A DNA stretch of 64,000 nucleotides from NCBI RefSeq assembly GCF_006345805.1, contig NC_043000.1, forward strand, positions 68,324,001 to 68,388,000, read 5' to 3'. Positions 1-14,104 of this stretch are shown in pieces; position 1 is the stretch's first letter, and every line of letters starts with the position of its first letter. This stretch comes from Octopus sinensis. Taxonomy: Eukaryota. The notes under the pieces are model-generated. The model did not search any database. It was not told the DNA's origin and saw only the letters and a list, made by a program, of their open reading frames with translations. The translations under genes were made by a program, and so were the position numbers.

Positions 1-120
1 AACTCCAGTATTTGATTTGTTCTTTATTTTATCAACCCTAGAAGAATGAAAAGCAAAACGACCTTAGCTCGGTTTGAATTCCCATCGTAACGGGTCGTAA
101 CTAAATACTGCCGAGCATAC
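1..120 (-). mobile_element. tRNA-derived SINE, family A, degenerate fragment
   Basis: ttttatcaaccctagaagaatgaaaagcaaaacgacc...tttgaatt resembles the body of family A copies such as 3295-3514 and 22857-23026. Confidence 0.5.
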
Positions 121-499
121 TGCTGCCGCCTGGCTCTGTATTATTTCTGTCATTCATCACCATCGGCATACGTACAATACTGTTTTTGTACTCCGGAGGA
201 TCTCCTTATACAACGTTATAATCATCATTATCATCTTTAGCGTCAACTTTTCCCTGCTTGCCTGGAACAGCCAGAATTTGTGGAGGCGAATTTTCTCCAG
301 CGGGCTGGATTTCCCATTGCTGACCTTCACCTGTATCTAAGCAAGGTAATATTTCCTTATGATCAAATCAGACATGTCTCGAACGATTGGAAGCAAAAGA
401 CACTGATTGCATGACGGTGACACTCGCTTACAATTATCACACGATTTCAAGGCAAGGAAACATTAGCATACGCGCGCATGTATACAAACACGCATGCAT

Positions 500-501
<2 letters not shown>

Positions 502-592
<91 letters not shown>
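502..592. repeat. (CA)n microsatellite
   Basis: Direct sequence; source of the HTHT ORFs. Confidence 0.98.
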
Positions 593-596
<4 letters not shown>

Positions 597-1151
597 CATA
601 TATGAAAGAGTTCTTTCGGTTTCTAGCTATCAAATCCACTCACAAAGCTCTGGTCCGGGGATCTAGAAGACAAAGGATGAAATACATAACAGTAGAAAAA
701 TACAAAAATTACAATGCTGAAAGTAAAAACTGAAAGAAAGAAATGTTTCAGAATTCCTATTTTTTTAAATATTGCGCTACGCTTTTTCTCCAATTTTGAA
801 ACACCGACAACCGCCCAACACAGCCATCCGGATGTTTTTAAAGGCGTTCGTTCATTTGTGCATGCCTGGATGCCTACTGAACCAGCACACGATATCTAGG
901 AACCTTGAATTTGGTCACTCGATATGTTTGGAATAACATTCAAATATTCCTCAAGCATTGCAACATCACACACCCACCTTGTCTTCTATTATTTTTTAAA
1001 ATAATTTCGTGGGATTCTAATTTAGCAGAAAGGAAAAAAATGCGTTATAAGATTTTAATCTCATTATCTCACTCCCCAGCCAATATTTATGCTTTTTACT
1101 CCTTTCGAAAATTCTTGGTAATCTACGTTGAGAAACAAGTTGATTGCGACT

Positions 1152-1512
1152 AAAACCTAACTCTAAACCTTAATCCTAATTCTAAACCCTAGCCATAAAC
1201 CTTAGCCCAAATCATTAACCTTAACTCTAAACCCTAGCCTACAAAACCCAACCCTATATTAACCCGAAACCTTTTCTTTATCCTTAAAAATTAAGTTCTA
1301 ATCTTAGCCATAACCTTTAATCCTAACCTATAAACCCTAACCCCAAACAACAGCCCTATCCTAATCCTAAACCCTAAACACTTACCCTAAACCCTGACAT
1401 TAAACCCTTAAATCTTAATCCTGAATTCTAATCCTAACACTAAGCTCTGATCCTCAACCTTAACTCTATCCTTAACTCTTAATTAACCCTTAACCCTAAC
1501 CCAAGCCTTAAA
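1152..1512. repeat. Degenerate telomere-like (CCCTAA)n array, probably internal to a non-autonomous DNA element
   Basis: Many imperfect aaccct/taaccc/aaaccctaa units over ~360 bp, followed by ctgggggttgttcagtgcgg. Confidence 0.75.
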
Positions 1513-1861
1513 CGCGAACTCTGGGGGTTGTTCAGTGCGGTTTCTCATTCTATAAGAAGAGATATGTGGTTTGAGAGAAAAATGGTTGTTATTTTCCATA
1601 TTTCGAATGACGATATAGAAACATTTTTACGTTGTCAGAAGTCATCCACACACTCACAAATGAAAAGTCTAGTTTGAGAACTTCCGGAACGTTGATATTG
1701 AGCAAAAGTAGGTACTTTGAAAAGTGGGTATTTTGAAAATATTGGGCGTTTGAATTTTTTTTCTCAGAAATTGGATGGGTGGATGTTAAATTAACCTTTG
1801 GAACTGGTAAGAAAGATGGCTCTGCAATTTCCTGCTGAACAAACCTGCACAAATGATTTGT

Positions 1862-2072
1862 TTATAATGATCAGATGTATGTGCTGTACATTAGTATACT
1901 CCCACGACCAAATCGACATTGTTTGTACAGGTGCACAGTGCACCACTCGTCAGGTTTCGACATGAAGGCAGAGCAAAATAAGATGAAGTGTTTTGCCCTC
2001 TCCGTGAGGAAATTGAAACCACGATCTTGCGTTTGTGAGTGCAGCACCCTAACCGCTAGGCCATGGCTCTCA
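1862..2072 (-). mobile_element. tRNA-derived SINE
   Basis: Minus strand reads tggcctagcggttagg (A-box-like) and ggtttcaatttcc (B-box-like), then a body; abuts a (TACA)n tract. Confidence 0.65.
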
Positions 2073-2073
2073 C

Positions 2074-2125
2074 ACATACGTGCGTACGTACGTACGTACC
2101 TACCTACATATACGTACGTACACAC

Positions 2126-2156
<31 letters not shown>

Positions 2157-2195
2157 CATACATACATACATACATACATACATACATACATACAT
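2074..2195. repeat. (TACG)n/(TACA)n microsatellite
   Basis: Direct sequence. Confidence 0.95.
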
Positions 2196-2899
2196 AATTT
2201 ATTGACTTTAGAAATGTTTTTAAGAAAGGAGAGATGAAATATTTTGTCATACCGCTAGATTTTCTCAACTAAAAACTCACTGTTGATTTTATATTTGTCA
2301 TACTGTTAGTTGACAAATAATGGCTGACAGCTAGGTTTTCTCGTTCAACTGAGTCTTTTATTTGAAACGTTGACATCCTCTCAATGCAGCTTTCTTTTCA
2401 CAGTTGCACAGTGCATTGTGCAAGCAGATCTGTTTTGTATTGATGGCTGTATTATCATACAGATAATCACATTTGATGTTAAAGCTGTTCATTATCAGCT
2501 ATTTTTTCTGTTGATGTTCTGTTTTTATATCTTCTACTTTCATCGACTCTTATTACAATTGAATATAATTCGAAATCCTTTGAAATCATTCGAAATCTCA
2601 TTCATTTTATACATAGATACATACATACACACGTGTTCTATACTTTATTTTTGCTCGTTCGTCTGTTGTCAAGGCCAAAAGCTTAACATTTCTGGGTTAA
2701 TTGCTTTAACCTCCAAAATAGCAAACAGTTTTCGCATCGCTTTTAGCAGACTCCTTTACATTGATAAAAACTGGCTCATATTCTGGTCGTGGTACCCCCA
2801 ACTGCACAAGAAAAAAAAACCAACAAAAAAAAAACGAAACAAAAACAGAGACCATAAAGAGAAAGACATCGAAGATTTTATGCTGTCTATATATATAAT

Positions 2900-3212
2900 T
2901 GTTTTAATCATTAGACTGCGGCACCGCCTTGAAAAATTTATGATACTTATTCTGTCGGTCTCTTTTGCTGAACCGGTTGTCAAGAGGTGGAGGTGGGGGA
3001 ACACAGACAAAAAACGCGCGCGCGCACACACTCTCATACACACATACATATAGATATATTTACGACGGGCTTCTTTCAGTTTCCGCCTACCAAATCTACT
3101 CACACGGCTTTAATCGGCCGGTGGCTATAGTAGAAGACACTTACCCAAGGTAACATGCCGGAACCATGTGATTGGGAAACAACTTACTTATCACACAAAC
3201 AGGCCTGCGACT
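2900..3212 (-). mobile_element. SINE family B (tRNA head, CORE-like body, internal microsatellite, tail), internally deleted
   Basis: Matches 5299-5775: tacgacgggcttctttcagtttccgcctaccaaatc...agaagacacttacccaagg. Confidence 0.85.
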
Positions 3213-3294
3213 ATATATATATATATATATATATATATCTTGTTCCTCTCTAAAAATTGTTGTTATGTTAAGCATGTCGAAATATACTCTGTCA

Positions 3295-3514
3295 TATTGG
3301 TTTCAAATTTTGGCACAAGGCCAGCAATTTTAGTGGAGAGGATGAGTCGATTACATCACCTTCTGTGTTCAACTGGTACTTATTTTATCGATATCGAAAG
3401 AATGAAAGGCAAATTCGACCTCGGCAGCATTTCAACTCAGAACGTAAAGACAGACGAAATGCCGCTAAGCATTTTTGCCCAGCGTGCTAACGATCCTGCC
3501 AGCTTGCCGCCTTA
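3295..3514 (-). mobile_element. SINE family A, near full length
   Basis: actggtacttattttatcg...gaaaggcaaattcgacctcggc...aactcagaacg...tgccagcttgccgcc; recurs more than 15 times in the window. Confidence 0.9.
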
Positions 3515-4907
3515 TGGTCTGATGTGATATTAAGACAAAAATGCTAATAACCATGAAGAAAATGTGGGTGAGATAATTTGCATTTCAGTCATAGTTTGAC
3601 AACCGTTAAAACTTACTTATATACCAACACACCAGGAAACTTAAAATATTTATTATTCCAAAATATCTTCATATGTTTAAAGCATATACAAACTTACTGC
3701 GGTAGATGCTGATACTTGATATTCCTCTTCAAAATCTTTATGACATTTTTGCCTTAGTTTTACTAAACATTCTATTTTTCTAAATTAATATATTTCAATT
3801 TATTTATTTCGTTACCACTTGGTCAAATTGCGACGAAGCTACACTTCTGTTGCCTCTTGTTTGTAAAGTGAAAGAAATTAACGATAGTTGTTGACTAATA
3901 TCGTTTTCGACTCTCTGCATATTTCATTCTACTTCAGTTTTTTTCTTTAAAGTTCTGTGCTCTAAGTATGACGATGACTATTCATATATGTGTTTCTGTG
4001 ATAAATTACAAAACTCAGTAACCGATCTCTCAGTACTTTATCGATTGGTAAATGGTTTTTGTTGAAATTACAAGAAACATTGAAGCAACTTCTATGTTCT
4101 AATAATTACACTTTCCTTTTTCAATACTAGGGAATATGGGGCAATACTTTGAGAGAGAGGTGAGAGAGTATATTGTATCGCATTATGCTGACGTTAGAAA
4201 CATCAGTTGAGCTGGTTTCAATCGAACAAACATCAGTAAAATCCTGATTCTGAGTAACTAGTTATGGATCTATCTGCATCAGCAACAAATTACCCAAAGT
4301 AATTGTGACAGTAATTAGAAATAACTATAAATAAACGTTATGTACAGGATATAATTGATGTAAGAAAAGGGAAACATCGGTGTCAGTAAAATTTCGCTCA
4401 GAATTGATTGGTCAATCCGGAGCAATATAGCAACAGACACTTATTTAAAAAACTTTTTATTGGTGACAGAAGCAGTATTAATACCGAGATGTAAAATTTA
4501 TCCCCACTTAAACGTGGGTGTTATGTTAGGACAAACTATACTGCAGTAGTTACCAAGAGAGAAACTTTTGGTGCAAAATACACTCTTGTTTATAACACTA
4601 GCGAGGCGAAAAATCCCCGCCACCACCAGATCACGTAAATTTCGACCTTCCTTGGTCTTATCAATGATTGACGCTCGATCGCTAGAGATAGCAGCACTCA
4701 TCTCCTCACCAGAGATATAAAGAAAACCAGTACTAGGAAGGCACTGGTGTCGTGTGCAGCCATCATGAATTCAAAATACTGTTTATTCGTAATGTCGTTA
4801 ATACTGTGTTTGATTGAGTGATTCATGACCAGGATTCGACCATCAATGTAACCCACAAAACCCCTTCTTCAATTTCCGCTTAGTCCTGTGATTTACTGCC
4901 AAGTGTG

Positions 4908-5018
<111 letters not shown>

Positions 5019-5298
5019 CCATATTGCAATAAATATAAGATTTTATCCGAGATACAATACAGTAGATCGACTCCAAATTTTCTGACTGAGTGACCTCCAG
5101 TTTATTAACTCGCTCTATAAGTTATGGTTCTGAACGTTTTAACAAAACATCATCAATTCAAATGTTTCCTTTAGTTTTATATCGTTTCTCAGTAATCTTT
5201 TATCTTCTTAGCTAATACGGGTTACAAATTGGTAATCACTACTTATAGAAATTGCTTTTAAATTAGCTGCGTAGCACTTCGCCTTCTAGAAAAACCTA

Positions 5299-5531
5299 TA
5301 CTCTTTTACTCTTTTACTTGTTTCAGTCATTTGACTGTGGCCATGCTGGAGCACTGCCTTTTGTCGAGCAAATCAACCCCAGGACTTATTCTTTGTAAGC
5401 CTAGTACTTATTCTATCGGTCTCTTTTGCCGAACCGCTAAGTTACGGGGACGTAAACACACCAGCATCGATTGTCAAGCGATGTTGGGGGGGACAGACAC
5501 ACAAACACACACACACGCACACACACACACA

Positions 5532-5597
<66 letters not shown>

Positions 5598-5775
5598 CAT
5601 ATACATATATACGACGGGCTTCTTTCAGTTTCCGTCTACCAAATCCATTCACAAGGCTTTGGTCGGCCCGAGGCTATAGTAGAAGACACTTGCCCAAGGT
5701 GCCACGCAGTGGGACTGAACCCGGAACCATGTGGTTGGTAAGCAAGCTACTTATCACACACCCACTCCTACGCCT
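5299..5775 (-). mobile_element. SINE family B, full length
   Basis: Minus strand: aggcgtaggagtgg...ggttccgggttcagtccc (B box), accttgggcaagtgtcttc (CORE-like), internal (TA)/(TG)n, 3' tail ...gactgaaacaagtaaaagagtaaaagag. Confidence 0.92.
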
Positions 5776-7484
5776 TTGAAATATAACTAGAATACTGTTC
5801 TTTTTATATTGTTGTTGTTTAAACTCCAGGTCAGTATTGATCACGTATGTTCATAATGACTACATTATCGAATGTGTCCTTCCTTTTTACGACATTAGAA
5901 GTAATTTAGCTGCTATTTCTAGTAGAGTTTGTGAAGGTTGACTATAATCCCTTATCCCAGATCACATAATTAGAAAGCAAAAAAAAAAAAAAAAAGAAAA
6001 AGAGCGAGTGCGTAGAGGATCCTTCATTGGATTTTAAATCTTTAATTGCAAAAAGAAGACGTTAGTTTTCAAAAGGCTTAACAGGAAACAACGGAGAATC
6101 TCTTATTCACCTGGATTGACAACGAATTTTCCAATTTAGTTATTTGTTATGGAGCCATTCCTTTAAGAGACAGTGGTACGTGATTAAAGAGACGTAGAAA
6201 TGTATATTAGAATGTGGGTTAGGCAATGCTTTGACTATACAGGTCGTATTTGCAACAGCTCGGAGCCAATTTGATATCAGAAAAGTAATTTTAAAGAAAC
6301 ACTTATATAACTTATCTCTTTTCTTGGTGCATCCTTTCATCTCATTATATGAAAACATTTCAAGTTTTATTAAACACGTCTGAATGTTATATAAACATAT
6401 CACTTACTGTACCCGTTACTTACCGGAAATTGGTGCCTTTCACGATATCTCATGCCCGGAAAATACCAGTTAACGGTCTTTACTATCACTTCCTCTCTAA
6501 TACTTTCTGTCAGCGCCATCATAACAAACTTAGCTGGATGGGTAGATCAGGAAGTGTTATTTATCTGTTTTGTGAATGTTCTTGGTACTCAGCCTCTAAT
6601 TGCAAGCGTAATTTAACTTATTTCAATTAATGCACATTATAATCAAGTAACTGTACAGATGTCTTTTGGATATTAATTTGTAAAACACAAGATACGGACG
6701 TCATGTCCACCACTTTATTCTCATCACTCATACCACAAATATCGATATAGAAACCCAGTATGCACTCAGTACAGATTTGCCATTTCTCGCTAAAGTTTTC
6801 AAATTGTTTGGAACTTCAACAATTTTATAATATCATCCTCAACAACAAACCTCTCACCCAGACGATAAAATGGTCAGAAATATAACGAAAATATCACATA
6901 GACAATTCTTCTATATTTACATTCTCACCAAGAGGTAGAAATTAAACACCCTATCACAAATTTTCCACCAATAGCTTTCAAAATCTCACCATTGTTCTAC
7001 GCCTATATCAAGTGATACACATTTTCTTACCACCCGAATTGCCGTAAGAACACCAAGAGGGAAAACCATGCTGTCATTCGGTACTTCGAAGGCGTGCAGT
7101 CTGATCTTTACTGAACACAACAGCGGACAATTATCTTTTCATACTTAATACTGACGAAACTATTAGGAACAACTTTTTAATTTTAATCTTACCACAAGCA
7201 AATCCAAGGATCTTTATTCTACCAGCCTAAAACCACTTCGTATTTTTATCTGTTAGGTTTGTTAACCTTTTCACTTAATAAACATTACTAAATACGGGCT
7301 GTAAACGACGTGGAACTCTGACTTCCCAACAGTATATCCAAGAACTAGATTCAATGACATCACAAATCTTTATGACTAAAAATATTTATTCAGAATCACG
7401 AAAACATTCTGATATCTTCAGTGGACTTGTGTGGACTTGTTACTACGAGTCAAGGTGTTTGTTTTGGAGTGCAGTCAAAGAGTA

Positions 7485-8735
7485 CGAAGAGTTATCCAAA
7501 AGTAACCGGAAACGTTCTCTGTGGGACAAGTCCGTTGTAATTCAGGCTTCCGCCGCTAGAAACCACTTAATTCGACACTGAAGTCGTACTGCTATGTGGT
7601 GCGTCTTTGTTTTACAGTGCTTCTCCCTGTTCGTCGATTTTTACGATGGATGAAACGAAGGGCCACCGTGCTTCCGTGAAATTCTGTTTTCTGCTGGGGA
7701 AAACGGCGGCCGAAACAGTTGTCATGCTTCAAACAACTTACAAGGATGCTACCATGAGCAAAACACAAATCTACGAGTGGCTTTCACGCCTTAGGAATGG
7801 TCACTTGTCGCTTGAAGGTTAGGGTTAGGGTTAGGTCACCTCCCGAACGAATGAAAACATCATGAAAATTCATGAACTGATTTTGGAGGACCGTCGCCGA
7901 ACAATTGATGTACTTGTTAATTTGACTGATGTGTCCTGGAGCTCCTCCCAACGAATTATGAGCGAGGAATTGCAAAATTTGTGCCTTGCTTGCTCACAGA
8001 AGATCAAAAGCAGTCACGGCTGAATGCGAGTCGTGAAGTGAAAGAACAGTTGGAAGTTGATCCGAACCTTTTTTCGAAGGTCATCACTGGTGCTACAGTT
8101 ACCACCGGGAAATGAAGCAGTAATCAAGTCAATGGAAGCATTCAATGTCACCACGCCCCCAAAAATGTGCTTTCAAGTGAAGTCCAACGACAAGACGCTG
8201 ATTTGTTTCATTGATGTGAAAGAAATTGTCAACACAGAATTTGTTCCTCCTGGTCAAACTGGTAACCAGACATTTTACTTGGCAGTTCTGAAGTTTTTGC
8301 AAGACGTGGTGAGACGAAACAAACCCCGACCAGTGGCAAAGTGGCAAGTGGTGGCTTCATCACGACAATGCGTCTGCGCACACCGCCTTGGTTGTGAGAC
8401 AGTTTTTGACTAAAAATGACGTGACTCAGCCTCCCTATACACCCGATCTTGCTCCCTGCAACTAACTTTTTTTTGTTCCCCCGTATGGAAAAAGTCCTTA
8501 AAGGAAAACGTTTTGCAGAGGTAGAAGAGGTGGGGAAAAAAAAAAAAAAAAGACGGAGGCGTTAAAAAGCATCACTTCCCAAGAGTTCCAGGATTGCTTC
8601 AAACAGTGCAAAACGCGTCTGGACCGATGTATTGCTTCAAATGAAGAATACTCTGAAGGCGATAGAAATGTAAGCATAAAACTAAGTGAATAACATAATA
8701 TTGCAAGATTCGTGTTTCTTTTGGGTACCCACTAG
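7485..8735 (+). mobile_element. Mariner (Tc1/mariner) transposon with decayed transposase
   Basis: TA at 7483-7484 and 8736-8737; imperfect ~27-bp TIRs (cgaagagttatccaaaagtaaccggaa vs reverse complement ctagtgggtacccaaaagaaacacgaa); 1251 bp. Translated motifs ASVKFCFLLGKTAAET, KFVPCLLTEDQK, KVITG (first catalytic D deleted), HHDNASAH, PPYTPDLAPCN; multiple frameshifts. Confidence 0.92.
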
Positions 8736-9219
8736 TATATGGGCTTTTGTAAGTCTACAAGCTACTCTGTCTTTTTGTAATCGGCGGTTCTGCTAACAAA
8801 CAAGACAGAAAAGGGCGCAAATGGTCTTTACCGTTGTTCCCTTAAAACACAACAAATTGATTTGTATAATTTGAAACCTAAGTAATTTTAAATGATTTAA
8901 AAATAGAATAAGAAAAATGAAATAGAAAAAGAAAAAGAAACCTCTATTTTTTTCCACGGAAAACAACGGATCAGCGGAACCTTCAAAGCGTTGAAAAAAT
9001 GTCCTTGGGGTATCTATTTCTGAGTTCAAATCCTGACTCTAACTACTGAAGGAAAATGGGCTTTTTTAAGGCCCTGTGAAATTGCGATAGGCTTGGGACG
9101 TACTTAAGCTAGTGCCATCGTATTTCAGTTGATCACTCTCACTTTTTCTTTCTTCACCCGTCTGTCTGTCTGAATTTTTGAATATCTCTCTCCACACACA
9201 CACACGCATATATATAAAT

Positions 9220-9259
<40 letters not shown>

Positions 9260-9669
9260 TTGGCCTTAGATACGAAAATGGAAAGACTCTCATATGGAAG
9301 TCGAACTGTGTTTCTATCTCCTGCCAGTATTACACTAAGTAAAATGCATTTGATTTCCAAAATAATTACAAGGGTCTTTTTAATGGATAAGTTTGACAAT
9401 CTGGTCCCCTCTTATGTTTCGTGAGAAATACAAGCGATTTAACAACTACTTAACTATCAGCAGATAGGCTATCTCTGTCCGTAGTAAGGCCCTTCGGCTA
9501 GTGATAGATGTCATTTGGACATCATTTATCTGAAAGGCCTGAAAACTCAGCATCCAAAGCCTTTTTTTCAAGAAGGCTTCAATGGACAAAAACAATAATA
9601 ACAGCCACAAATGATGGCTCTAAGGGCGTAGTTCTCGTAGCTAATCCTCACCAACATCTCTTACGGTTC

Positions 9670-9825
9670 TTTACATTCTGAGTTCAAATACAACTGAGTT
9701 CGATTTTGGCTTTTATCCTTTTGGGATTGATAAAATAAAGTACCGTTAGCGCTGGGGTCAATGTAATCGACTAGACCTCTCCCAACAAATTTCAGACCTT
9801 GTGCCTTCGGTAGTAAGGATTGTTA
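9670..9825 (+). mobile_element. SINE family A, degenerate
   Basis: tctgagttcaaatac...gctggggtcaatgtaatcgac...ccttgtgcc. Confidence 0.75.
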
Positions 9826-11249
9826 TTATTATTGTTATTGTTGTCGTTGTTGCTGTTATAAGGCAGGTAACTAGCACAAGCGATAGAGCATCGGAAAAAT
9901 GCATTACGTGCCAAAATTTGAAACCATTTTGAAGCGAGAATGATGTTCAATTTTTAATAATAGTTCAACCCTTAGAATAGTTGTGAAGAGGTATGTAAAT
10001 GTGCATATATGAATTTCACACTGGTTGTAGTTATATAAATGAAGTGAAACAGCTGCAAATCGAAACCTAGTCTCATTAGGTGCTGTTCTGTACTTCACAG
10101 CACTCGCAATTTGAATGATCACTAAAACTGCATGATTTTAGTTTGTTGCTAATTGATCAGTCAAAATCAGTGGCTAATAAAAAAAAGTACAATTTTTTAC
10201 ATGTTAAAAGCGTATATATTCAATTTTTTTATCTGCATATCAGACGTCAACTCCTTATGTTACATAATTTAAAGAATTTATTCGTTTATTAACTTGAACA
10301 GAAGTTTCGTCGTCACCAGCCCCAATGCTAATTACAAATTTAAGTGGCTCAACTGGAAACATCATTAAAAAGTTGTAGCTAGTGAACAGCTATTTCAATT
10401 ATTTATTTATTTTTTTTTCTGCGTCATACACGATCTTCATTAAGATCATGTATGACGCACACGTTTAGAACATGGATTTATCGTGCTTTTACTTTCTGCT
10501 TAATGAAACAGAACTGCAGTCAGATAGAAGTCAAAAGAGGTAGTTATTTTTTTATATTTTTTATTTTGTAAAAAAAGCTCCGCCTCGTGCTGCAGAGAGT
10601 AATGTAATAGCTTTCCACTAAATATCACGCGATCGCGAAGAAATCTATATACATCAAGTGTGTTTTTGAAGTGTTGGTAAAAAGCATATATTGTGTTAAG
10701 TATACTGTGTAATAGATATTTAGATCTAGAAAGATATGTTTGAAAACTCTCTTGCATACGACATGACTTATTTTCCTTTATTAAAACGCACACTCACAAT
10801 CTATTTTTCCTTTTCCTCTGTCGCCTTCTCTCTTTTTCTCTCTCTCTCACTCATACATACATCGTCAGAGTTGTACTCACAAAACAATGAATAAAATGTT
10901 AAGCTTCTTTTAGAAGTTTAAATGGAATGTCAATCATTTGTTAGAAAAGAAGTCGAAGAAACGACTTAATTTATCACGTCTTTTTAGTTTTCCGAAAACA
11001 ACCATTTTCTCGGGTAAAGTTTCATCTCTAGACTTTTCCCATTGGTAAAAACAACAGCAAAAGACAATTTATTTTTGTTTGTATCGGTACTATATTTATC
11101 GTTGTGGACGACAAGATTTCTAAAAGTTAAAAGTACTGCATTTTCTCTATGTTCGTGCATATTATTAATATTTTGTGTTGCAATTAAATTATCATTCTGA
11201 ATCTAAATCGCTGATTATAGATATTCAGAAACAAGCAATTTTAACAAAT

Positions 11250-12300
11250 TTGAAAAAGACGAAAATTGGTAAAACTCAGACAGCAAATATAGAATCTGTA
11301 GCAAAAAGGACGAAAGTATTAACCATCTACTAAATAAATACGGTTAAAGTACACTGGGATGTTAACCATATTTGTGGATTCGAAATAACAGCAAAGTGGT
11401 ATGAACACGAGCCAAAGATGCGATGTTGAGCGATAACTAGAGGTAGAGAATTGCTAAACGTAGAAGATACGGTTCGTACTGCGATCTAGGGTTTGAAAAA
11501 TTACGTTGTATTTTGTGAAGAAAGAATACTATCGCTGGCTAGAAATGTTCAGAAACTTACTGAAACAGTAGGAGAATTAAAAATAGAAAAAGAACAGCAG
11601 AACAAGTAGATGGAAATAGAAAGAATAACATGGTCAATTCATGCAACAAACCGAAGACACCGGAAGTAAATAACGCTGGTTGTGTTTGATAATCGGATGC
11701 CTGAAACGAGAAATCGAAGCGCTAATTATAGCCGCTCGGGAGCAAGTTATTAGGAGGAATTTAATGAAAGCAAAGATTGATAAAACTCAGCCAGAGAGTA
11801 AACGCAGAATCTGTGGGAAAGGAGACGAAAGATTTGCGCGAATGCAGTAAGCTAACACGAAAAGAGTATAAGTGCAGATATGACTATGTTGATAAAAGAG
11901 TGCATTGGGATGTTAGCCATTTGTGTGTATTAAAAGTAGAATAACAGTGATATGAGTAGGAGTCAGAAACTGTGATAGGGAATAATAATTACAGGATATT
12001 ACTATCCTAAAAGACTTACCATAATATTGAAGCAAAGAGACGAAATATAATCATAGAGGACAGAAAAAACACAGGGTAAGATCATAAACTTTTAAATAAC
12101 ATGTGATTGTTGAGGGAATATAAAAAAATAGGGAAAATTGAGAAATATTAGGACGTAATATGAGAGACGAAGAAATTGTAGAAAACAATGGTGAAAATTG
12201 CTTCTGTAGTAATTGGTTTATTCGGCACAACACCTAAATTGTTACGTATGAGTCCACCAAGCCTCAGGACAAAATCCCCGCTTATTAAATTAGAATGTAA
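11250..12300 (+). mobile_element. R4/Dong-clade LINE 3' remnants, rearranged and degenerate
   Basis: Broken frames give KREIEALIIAA, KAKIDKTQPESK(C)RICG (zinc-knuckle region, present twice) and a decayed endonuclease region; followed by (AAT)n. Confidence 0.65.
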
Positions 12301-12307
12301 TTGCTTT

Positions 12308-13035
<728 letters not shown>

Positions 13036-13037
<2 letters not shown>

Positions 13038-14085
13038 AGGTGGATGTGGTCTGAGTGCATCAACAGTGAAAGAAGAAACAATGGAAAATATTTGGTAACC
13101 AGCAAACAAGACCTACTACAATATGCTGCTAATGCAGGATTTATCAAAAATATGACTTGAGAGCGCTTATGAATTCCGATCACGAATAGCCAACGAGAAA
13201 GAAGAAACCCTACTCCGCATGGAATTACATGGTTAGTTTCACCGTGAAACTAACAACTTAAAAGACCAGGAAGCACCATGGAGGTGGCTCAGTAAAGGTG
13301 GCCGAAAAAAACGAAGACTGGAAGCCTAGTCATCGCTGCCCAGGATCAAGCATTAAATACCACCTCAATGAAAAGGGATGTGTACCTTACAAATGCAACA
13401 AACTTCTGCAGAATATGTGGGAAGAGGGTCGGAAGCGTGACTCACATTGTTAATGCTTGTGAAAGTTTGCACAGAAAGAGTACAAGCATAGACACGACAA
13501 GGTAGCCCAAAACATTCACTGGCTACTATGCTGGAAGTATGGATACGTGGTAACGGTTGCTTGGTACTAGCATACACCGGAAAAGGTAATGGATGAAAAT
13601 GGAAGGCAAAAATCCTCTCGGACTTTGACTTCCAGACAGACAAGGTATTAAAGTACCGAAGACCGGATATAGTAACTTTTAGGAGGGACAACAAGAGTGC
13701 CTAATAATCGGCGTGGGTGGGGAGGAGATCAACATATTACCATGAAAGAAAGAGAAAAGATTGATAAATATGGAGACCTAAGAATTGAGATCGCCAAGAT
13801 GTGGCAGCTACGACAGTCAAACATAAATGTTGTCCCTATTGTTATTGGAACACTGGGTTCAATACCACCCAACCTGAAAAAACATCTGGAAACTTTAGAA
13901 ATACCCTACAATCTAGATGTATTGCAAAACTCGGCATTACTTGGAAATGCACGCGTATTGCGTAAATTACTGTCTGTCTGAGGTCCTTGTTGTGACTTGA
14001 TAGACAGTACAAACCTCTGGTAGACACAATATCTTCAATCAACAACGTCATGATATTGGATACTGTGTGACGTCTTAAATAATAG
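13036..14085 (+). mobile_element. R4/Dong-clade LINE, 5'-truncated 3' portion
   Basis: AAQDQAL, CCHC region, RHDKVA..IHW, RPDIV, then ORF 13697-13981 KEREKIDKYGDL...VPIVIGTLG...LQNSALLGNARVLRKLL; starts directly after (AAT)n. Confidence 0.85.
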
Positions 14086-14104
14086 TAATAACACGAACAT
14101 TACC

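Noticed and set aside
4190-4240. Minus-strand CTGATGT...GAAACCAGCTC resembling a hammerhead core
   Set aside because: Core and cleavage triplet are mutated and stem II does not pair.
4440-4830. Frames resembling a GPCR TM3 (minus, VLLSLAIER) or a Penelope endonuclease (plus, CYV-GQT)
   Set aside because: Short motifs in stop-ridden frames on opposite strands; neither is supportable without a homology search.
6700-7250. Possible L1/Tx1 3' remnant on the minus strand
   Set aside because: Only vague motifs (QHGF, F.EKW); no consistent frame.
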